The position numbers and the translations under genes are program-made. Shown here piece after piece: positions 57,778 to 64,000 of a stretch of DNA of 64,000 nt. The stretch comes from Syntrophales bacterium (GTDB lineage: Bacteria; Desulfobacterota; Syntrophia; Syntrophales; UBA2185): positions 5,065 to 69,064 of the forward strand of contig JBEKXK010000004.1 of NCBI GenBank assembly GCA_049512055.1, given 5' to 3'. Each line of letters starts with the position of its first letter. Within the stretch, counting starts at the first letter, position 1. The notes under the pieces are model-generated. The model did not search any database, was not told where the DNA came from, and was given only the letters and a program-made list of their open reading frames with translations.

Positions 57778-58245
57778 ATGGAAGTGCATAATATGGACGC
57801 GATCATTGTCATCAATTCAGGACTCGCAGATTTCATAATGCTTGATAAAGTTCTGGAAGTGAACGCTTCCCGCATCATTGGTGCAAAATCTTTTATCGGT
57901 GTGCCGGCGTATTTGCGTCTGGAATCGCTTGCCCAGCTCGGTGCGTTTCATGTCCGTTACATAACCGGGTTTTCCCGGCATGTATTCCTTATAAAAATCG
58001 TGAGCTGTTCATTGCCTCTGAGGACAGCAATGGAGGGAGAATACGTACTGTCCGGAAACCTGGTAGGCAGCAGCGATTCATCCTTTCGCTGCTTCCTGAG
58101 AGCGGAAAACGATAAAGAAACAGCCGCGGAAGCTGAGCTTATGTACGCCGCAGTTGATTACGATCATAACTTTAAGAAGGGAATGTTACATGACCACTAC
58201 ACAAAGGTATTTTCATGTTTGCAGAGAGATTTAAGAACCGGCTGA
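57778..58245 (+). CDS. hotdog-fold (FabZ-like, catalytic His absent) protein
   Basis: FIMLDKVLEV...IIGAKSF resembles the FabZ N-terminal LLVDRVLEL...KNV. RLESLAQLGAF resembles the EAMAQ helix. GVPAY replaces the GHFP segment. Confidence 0.45.
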   Translation: MEVHNMDAIIVINSGLADFIMLDKVLEVNASRIIGAKSFIGVPAYLRLESLAQLGAFHVRYITGFSRHVFLIKIVSCSLPLRTAMEGEYVLSGNLVGSSDSSFRCFLRAENDKETAAEAELMYAAVDYDHNFKKGMLHDHYTKVFSCLQRDLRTG

Positions 58246-59360
58246 TGCTGCAGCAGCAAACGGGCCTGTACCGCGAACCGCCGGAAGTGAAAAGCAGAGA
58301 CGGGAAATACCTCAACATAGAGGGAAGGAGGGTTCTGAATTTTGCGTCCAATGACTACCTGGGGCTCGGCGTTTCCGAGGAACTGCGACAAAGGGCGGCG
58401 CGAAATTTTGGGAAGTATGGAACGTCATCTTCGTCATCGCGCCTGGTGTCAGGAAATTACTCTATAATAAACAAGGCGGAGAAAGAATACGCATCATATT
58501 TCGGTTATGGCGATGCCATATTTTTCCCCAGCGGTTACCAGGCTAATTTGGGAATTCTTTCCACCTTTCTGGAACGGGGAGATACTGTCATTTTTGACAA
58601 GCATATTCATGCAAGCTCTGTAAAGGGAATGACGATAAGCGGGGCAAGTTTTCTGGGGTACAACCATAATTCCATGCCCCACCTTGAAAAGAGACTGGAA
58701 ATGTACACGAGGGAGCAGGTTGCCGTAATAACGGAGTCTCTCTTCAGTATGGATGGTGATCTTCTGGATGTAACTGGTCTGTGCAGATTAAAGGAGCGTT
58801 GCCGTTTCTTGACAATCGTCGACGAAGCCCACGCCTTTGGTGCCATAGGTTCCGGAGGGCGCGGCATCGCAGGTCCCGTGGCTGATATTGCTGTCGGAAC
58901 CTTTGGCAAGGCTTTCGGCTTTTTTGGCGCCTTTGTCCTTCTTCCTGCGGGATTCAAGGAATACCTCTTTAACTTTTCCTCTCCTCTCATTTATACCACG
59001 ACCCTTCCGGAAGCCCATGCCGCAACGGCAATAGACATCCTGGAAATTATAGAGCGCAGTGAAGACAAGAGAAAACGCTTGAGAGATACCAGTCAATCTC
59101 TGAAGAAAAGCTTGCGCCTTGAGGGATTTCGGGTTACCGGTGATGCTCACATCTTGGCCCTGGAGATCGGTGACGAGGCTAAGGCCGTCAATATGGCCCG
59201 GAAGCTTCTCCAGAGGAATATATTTGTCCTGCCAGCCCGCTATCCTACAGTGCCTCTGCACCGCTCAATACTGAGAATAGGCGTCACGGCTCTTCACGAA
59301 GAGGAGGATATTACATCATTCATTGACCATGTAAAGGAAGCAAGTGGAGAGCTCGAATAA
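58215..59360 (+). CDS. bioF: 8-amino-7-oxononanoate synthase
   Basis: NFASNDYLGL, DEAHAFG and the PLP lysine context GTFGKAFG. Confidence 0.9.
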   Translation: MFAERFKNRLMLQQQTGLYREPPEVKSRDGKYLNIEGRRVLNFASNDYLGLGVSEELRQRAARNFGKYGTSSSSSRLVSGNYSIINKAEKEYASYFGYGDAIFFPSGYQANLGILSTFLERGDTVIFDKHIHASSVKGMTISGASFLGYNHNSMPHLEKRLEMYTREQVAVITESLFSMDGDLLDVTGLCRLKERCRFLTIVDEAHAFGAIGSGGRGIAGPVADIAVGTFGKAFGFFGAFVLLPAGFKEYLFNFSSPLIYTTTLPEAHAATAIDILEIIERSEDKRKRLRDTSQSLKKSLRLEGFRVTGDAHILALEIGDEAKAVNMARKLLQRNIFVLPARYPTVPLHRSILRIGVTALHEEEDITSFIDHVKEASGELE

Positions 59361-60051
59361 GAAAATTCAAAACCTATTTGTTGTGGGAACGGATACAGGG
59401 GTGGGAAAGACTGTACTTGCCCTTCTCCTGATGCAATTCTTTTTTGCTAAGGGATATAGCCCTTTTTATCTCAAGCCCGTGCAGACAGGATGCAGGGATG
59501 CAAACGACGCTGACAGTGATGCAAAATTCATTTACAGGCATGTCGAATCTTTGCATGGCAGACAACCGGCCGAATCCGTGATCTACTGCTTCAGGAATGC
59601 GAAGGCACCTCTCTATGCCGCGAGCGATGAAGGAAAATTAATAGACCTATCAAAGATAGAGAGAGTCGTATCTCAGAAGTCTGAGGCCCACTGCCCCGTA
59701 ATACTCGAAGGTGCAGGCGGTGTTCTGGTCCCCGTAGCGGGGAAGAAACTCATAGTTGACATTATCAGCTTAGTAAATGGAACTCCCGTCATAGCCGCAA
59801 GGGCAGGATTAGGGACAATTAACCACACTCTCCTTACGATCGAGGCCATTGAGAATAGAGGACTCAAACCTCTCGGAATTGTCTTCATAGATGCCGGAGA
59901 AAAAGAGACGCCTCCCGAGATGATTAAGGAAAACAAATCCGCCATTGAAGAGACTTCCGGCATAAGAGTGGCCGGGGTTATCGGCAGAATTCATGATTTT
60001 TCACAACCACCGCATGATTGCTACAAACCATTGGCAAGAATGTTTGGTTGA
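59344..60051 (+). CDS. bioD: dethiobiotin synthetase
   Basis: P-loop VVGTDTGVGKTV and EGAGG. A GTG start overlaps the bioF end. Confidence 0.88.
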   Translation: MESSNKKIQNLFVVGTDTGVGKTVLALLLMQFFFAKGYSPFYLKPVQTGCRDANDADSDAKFIYRHVESLHGRQPAESVIYCFRNAKAPLYAASDEGKLIDLSKIERVVSQKSEAHCPVILEGAGGVLVPVAGKKLIVDIISLVNGTPVIAARAGLGTINHTLLTIEAIENRGLKPLGIVFIDAGEKETPPEMIKENKSAIEETSGIRVAGVIGRIHDFSQPPHDCYKPLARMFG

Positions 60052-60537
60052 TTGCGATTATTCCTAGATAGCTGCTATACATTTTTCGTCTACCAAAATA
60101 TTTCTTGACATTACTCGATCAATGATGTAGCCGATATCTCGCAGGTGTGACTAGTAGTCATATAATGACCGCTATTCATCCTGAGAAATGGTTCCATTTC
60201 ATCTCCTAATCATTATTCTTTAAGTGCGGAAACATTTCTTGTCTAAGAACTTGATTCATGATAGGAACTGTCGCGATTTTCTTGCATCACTAATATTTAA
60301 ATAATCTTAATATTATTTATTAATCTTTTAATATTGATATTTATCAATTATATGATGTAAGGTTCGACACTCAGGCTAAAGCCTGACCACCATCATTTCC
60401 GCCTAGGGAAAGGTCCAGAACCGCAAAGAAAAAGGCGGATTCCGTTTTTATATAAAGGCTGTGCAGAATATAGTATCGAGAAATTTGAATTTTAATGTCA
60501 ACATGAAAGATATAGAAAAGGGAGGTTATTCATAGAC

Positions 60538-62514
60538 ATGGGAGATACGGAAAAGCTTGAATTGAAGGAAGTTTATCCCGTTCCTGATTGGGCGCGCAAG
60601 CAGGCGTACATTAAGAGCAGGGCCGAGTACGAGAAACTGTGGAAGCGTTCCATCAAAGAACCTGACGCTTTCTGGGCAGAGATCGCAACCGAGTATGTGG
60701 ACTGGTTCAAGAAATGGGACAAGGTGGAAGACTATAATTTTGATGTGCAGAAGGGCCCCATTTACGTGAAGTACTTTGAGGGCGGCAAGCTAAATGTCTC
60801 TTACAACTGTTTAGACAGGCAGCTAAAGAAAAGGGGTGACAAGATAGCCATCCAGTGGGAGGGCAATGAACCCACTGAGGACAGGTCTTATACCTACAAG
60901 CAACTGTTCAAGGAAGTCTGCAAGTTCGCCAATGTCCTGAAGTCGTTGGGCGTAAAGAAAGGCGACCGGGTCTGTTTCTTTCTTCCCATGATACCGGAGC
61001 TCCCCATCGGGATGCTGGCATGTTCCAGAATTGGCGCCATCCATGGCGTGGTATTCGGCGGATTCAGCGCCGAGTCCTTACGCGACAGGATTCAGGACAG
61101 TGAAGCGAAGATACTGGTGACTTGCGATGGCACCTTCCGTGGCGCCAAGGCAGTCCCCCAGAAGAGCGGTGCGGACGAGGCAGTGAAGACCTGCCCTTCC
61201 GTCGAGAAAACCATCGTAGTGAAAAGAGTGGGGGAAAAGATCTCCTGCCAGATGAACGCAGGCAGAGATTTGTGGTGGCATGACGTGATGGCAAAGGCAA
61301 GTGACAAGTGCGAACCTGAGTGGATGGATGCCGAAGACCCCCTCTTTATTCTGTATACGTCTGGCTCCACGGGAAAGCCGAAGGGCACCGTGCATACGAC
61401 AGGAGGGTATCTGGTGTATGTGGCATATACACACAAGATGATTTTCGACTATCATGAGAACGATATCTTCTGGTGCACTGCCGACATCGGCTGGGTGACC
61501 GGACATAGTTACATCGTGTATGGTCCTCTGTGCAACGGCGCCACGTCCGTGATGTTTGAGGGCGTGCCCAATTATCCTGATATGAGCCGCTTCTGGAAGG
61601 TCTGTGAAAAGTATAAGGTGACGATTTTTTACACTGCTCCGACGGCCATCCGGGCAATTGCGAAGGAGGGGACCGATTGGGTTAAGAAAGCGAACTTATC
61701 CTCTCTGCGGCTCTTAGGCACTGTGGGCGAGCCGATTAACCCCGAGGCGTGGCACTGGTATCACCACAACATCGGCCGCGACGAATTGCCGATTGTGGAT
61801 ACATGGTGGCAGACCGAGACAGGAGGCATTCTCATTACGCCTCTGCCCGGCGCCATTGATCTTAAGCCCGGCAAGGCTACAGTGCCGTTTATGGGGGTGG
61901 ATCCAGCTATCATCGATGAGAACAATGCAGAGATCACAACGACGGTTGCAAGCGGGCCACTCTGCATCAAAAAGCCCTGGCCCGGGATCATGAGGAGGGT
62001 ATACGGGGACCCGATGAGGTTCCAGGAGACCTACTTCATACAGCGCCCCGGATTCTATTACACCGGTGATGGAGCCACCAGGGATGAAGACGGCTATTAT
62101 CAGCTCATGGGCCGGATCGATGACGTCATCAATGTTTCCGGACACAGACTGGGGACAGCGGAAATCGAAAGCGCCCTCGTCGCTCATGAAAAGGTGGCCG
62201 AGGCCGCCGTTGTAGGCTATCCCCATGACATCAAGGGTCAGTCCATATACGCATATGTGACTCTCAAGACCGGCGTGCAGAAATCCGACGACTTGAGAAA
62301 AGAACTCGTAGCGCACGTCAGGAAGCTCATCGGGCCAACCGCTACACCGGAGAAGATCCAATGGGCCGACGGTCTGCCGAAGACGAGAAGTGGCAAGATC
62401 ATGAGGAGAATACTCAGGAAGGTGGCTGCGAATGAGATCAGTGATCTGGGAGATACAACTACCCTGGCAGACCCTTCTGTCGTTGACGATATCGTGAAGA
62501 ACAGGGTGCTATAG
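60538..62514 (+). CDS. acs: acetyl-CoA synthetase (AMP-forming)
   Basis: 658 aa with [17 protein letters not shown] and [11 protein letters not shown]. Confidence 0.95.
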   Translation: MGDTEKLELKEVYPVPDWARKQAYIKSRAEYEKLWKRSIKEPDAFWAEIATEYVDWFKKWDKVEDYNFDVQKGPIYVKYFEGGKLNVSYNCLDRQLKKRGDKIAIQWEGNEPTEDRSYTYKQLFKEVCKFANVLKSLGVKKGDRVCFFLPMIPELPIGMLACSRIGAIHGVVFGGFSAESLRDRIQDSEAKILVTCDGTFRGAKAVPQKSGADEAVKTCPSVEKTIVVKRVGEKISCQMNAGRDLWWHDVMAKASDKCEPEWMDAEDPLFILYTSGSTGKPKGTVHTTGGYLVYVAYTHKMIFDYHENDIFWCTADIGWVTGHSYIVYGPLCNGATSVMFEGVPNYPDMSRFWKVCEKYKVTIFYTAPTAIRAIAKEGTDWVKKANLSSLRLLGTVGEPINPEAWHWYHHNIGRDELPIVDTWWQTETGGILITPLPGAIDLKPGKATVPFMGVDPAIIDENNAEITTTVASGPLCIKKPWPGIMRRVYGDPMRFQETYFIQRPGFYYTGDGATRDEDGYYQLMGRIDDVINVSGHRLGTAEIESALVAHEKVAEAAVVGYPHDIKGQSIYAYVTLKTGVQKSDDLRKELVAHVRKLIGPTATPEKIQWADGLPKTRSGKIMRRILRKVAANEISDLGDTTTLADPSVVDDIVKNRVL

Positions 62515-62530
62515 AAGAAAGGAGGCAAAT

Positions 62531-63301
62531 GTGAATATCGTAGCATGTGTAAAGCAGGTTCCGGACACAGAAACCCTTATCAAGGTGAAGCCTGATGGAT
62601 CAGGGATTGACGAAGCTGGTATTAAATGGGTCATGAATCCCTATGACGAGTTTGGTGTTGAAGAAGCCCTGAAACTGAAGGAAAAGTTCGGCGGAGATGT
62701 TACCATCGTTTCCGTCGGTCCAGCGAGGGCATTGGAGACCATCAGAACAGCTCTTGCCATGGGAGCTGATAAGGGAATACATATAAACGATCCGGCCCTT
62801 GAAGGTGCCGATGCATATAACATAGCCGCTGCTCTGGCTGCGGCAATCAAAGGCATTCCACACGACATTATCTTTTGCGGACAGCGCGCCATCGACGATG
62901 ACGCCGGTCAGGTAGGTTCCGTCCTTGCAGAATTCTTGGGCATCCCTCAAGTAACCTTTGTTACAAAGCTCGACGTCGAAGGTGCGGCCATAAAGGTCAT
63001 AAGACCGATTGAAGGGGCTCAACTTCTGATCGAAAGTTCACTGCCGTGTGTCGTCACCGCGCAGAAAGGGCTGAACGAACCGCGCTATGCATCACTTCCG
63101 GGAATAATGAAGGCAAAGAAGAAACCCGTCGATGTAAAGGATGCTGCAGGGCTGGGAGTAACTGTTGCCCCCAAAGCAAAGATAGCCAAGACCTTGCCGC
63201 CTCCTGCCAGACCTCCCGGAAAGATTATCTGCGGTGAAGAGCCGGCGGAGAAGGCCAGAGAACTGGCAAAACTGCTCAGGGAAGAGGCGAAGGTTATTTA
63301 A
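62531..63301 (+). CDS. etfB: electron transfer flavoprotein, beta subunit
   Basis: GTG start after GGAGG. Contains NIVACVKQVPD, PYDEFGVEEALKLKE and GQRAIDDDAGQVG. Confidence 0.9.
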   Translation: MNIVACVKQVPDTETLIKVKPDGSGIDEAGIKWVMNPYDEFGVEEALKLKEKFGGDVTIVSVGPARALETIRTALAMGADKGIHINDPALEGADAYNIAAALAAAIKGIPHDIIFCGQRAIDDDAGQVGSVLAEFLGIPQVTFVTKLDVEGAAIKVIRPIEGAQLLIESSLPCVVTAQKGLNEPRYASLPGIMKAKKKPVDVKDAAGLGVTVAPKAKIAKTLPPPARPPGKIICGEEPAEKARELAKLLREEAKVI

Positions 63302-63353
63302 GAGCTTATGGCTGAGCTTTCTTAATGATCTCTATATATGGAGGAAAGTAAAA

Positions 63354-64000
63354 TGGCAAAAGGTGTATGGATCGTTGCGGAGCAGAGGTATGGAGCTTAC
63401 CGCAAGATAAGTTTTGAACTTGTCAGTGCAGCCAGAAAACTTGCCGACCAGCTGGGGGAGGAGGTGGGTGCCATCCTGCTTGGTTCCGGGATTGAAGGTA
63501 TTGCCGGTGAGTTAGGAAAATATGGTGCAGATAAAGTCTATGTGGCGGATAACGCCCTTTTTGAACCCTATACAACAGACGCACATGCTGCGGCAGTTGC
63601 AAAGCTGGTTAAGGAGCAGAATCCTTCTATTCTGCTCCTTGGCGCTTCCGCCCAGGGCAAGGACCTGTCTTCCCGCCTCGTGGGCAAGCTGGCAACTGGA
63701 ATGGCAACGGACTGCGTTGACTTAAAGATAGCCGATGGCAAGTTGATTTCTGTAAGACCCATGTACGCTGGGAAATGTAATGGTGAAGTCATCGTATCTG
63801 CATTTCCCCAGATGGCGTCGCTCCGGCCGAATGTATTTCCCGCTGTTGAAAATCCTAAGACGGCGGAAGTTGTCAAATTCGACCCCGGCCTGGATGCAAG
63901 TCAACTGAAAACGAAGGTGCTTGAGGTGCAGAAGGATACATCTGGAAAGGTTGACCTCACGGAGGCCAATATAATCGTATCCGGCGGACGCGGCATGAAA
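63354..64000 (+). CDS. etfA: electron transfer flavoprotein, alpha subunit; the 3' end runs off the window and it is absent from the ORF track because no stop is reached
   Basis: My own translation from the ATG at 63354, after GGAGGAAAG: MAKGVWIVAEQRYG...LLLGASAQGKDLSSRLVGKLATGMATDCVDL...VSGGRGM. These are typical EtfA N-terminal and middle domains. Confidence 0.85.

Noticed and set aside
1-64000. Looked for CRISPR arrays, tRNA/rRNA genes, transposases, integrases, toxin-antitoxin pairs and known defence genes
   Set aside because: None were seen. No regularly spaced direct repeats occur, and no intergenic region has tRNA-like or rRNA-like sequence. The lone XRE gene has no toxin partner.

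Overview
This is a chromosomal window from an anaerobic, deltaproteobacterium-like (Desulfobacterota-type) organism. I infer that from gene content only: 2-oxoacid:ferredoxin oxidoreductase, a DUF39 homocysteine enzyme, ETF, and the style of the bio operon. The window is densely coding and almost all core genome. I found no rRNA, tRNA, CRISPR array, transposase, integrase or recognisable defence genes. Layout: (1) 1-11.1 kb holds the conserved infB-DUF503-rbfA-nrnA-truB-rpsO-pnp string, followed by an M16 peptidase, dut and a DUF39 enzyme. (2) 11.4-17.5 kb holds a small XRE regulator, ftsB, pilMNOPQ and a TPR lipoprotein. (3) 17.8-24.8 kb, convergent on the minus strand, is a minor-pilin operon: dsbC-like, fimT/GspH-like, pilV, pilW, pilX, a small secreted ORF and a 1168-aa PilY1. 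(4) 25.5-40.9 kb holds housekeeping genes: TPR protein, pepP, gcvH plus a LipM/LplA-type enzyme, hisC, rpsU, a LOG-family protein, holA, a NYN/YacP RNase, TetR plus an acyl-CoA dehydrogenase, rpe, waaA and a four-subunit 2-oxoacid:ferredoxin oxidoreductase. (5) 41.2-48.7 kb appears to be one minus-strand operon: FmdB zinc ribbon, long HflX, and three tandem TMTC-like (GT-C membrane domain plus TPR) proteins. (6) A beta-barrel porin follows. (7) 50.7-60.1 kb is a BirA-controlled biotin locus, with bioB divergent from birA-bioA-[six fatty-acid-synthase-like genes]-bioF-bioD. (8) acs and etfBA close the window. The most interesting item is the six-gene FAS-like insert in the bio operon (hotdog, SDR, ACP, nitroreductase-fold protein, FabB/F-type ketosynthase, second hotdog). 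It is a candidate dedicated route to the pimeloyl moiety and, to my knowledge, has not been characterised biochemically. Second is the triple TMTC-like glycosyltransferase array coupled to hflX. Third is the redox/cysteine theme of the minor-pilin operon. All product calls come from motif recognition by eye. No database searches were run.
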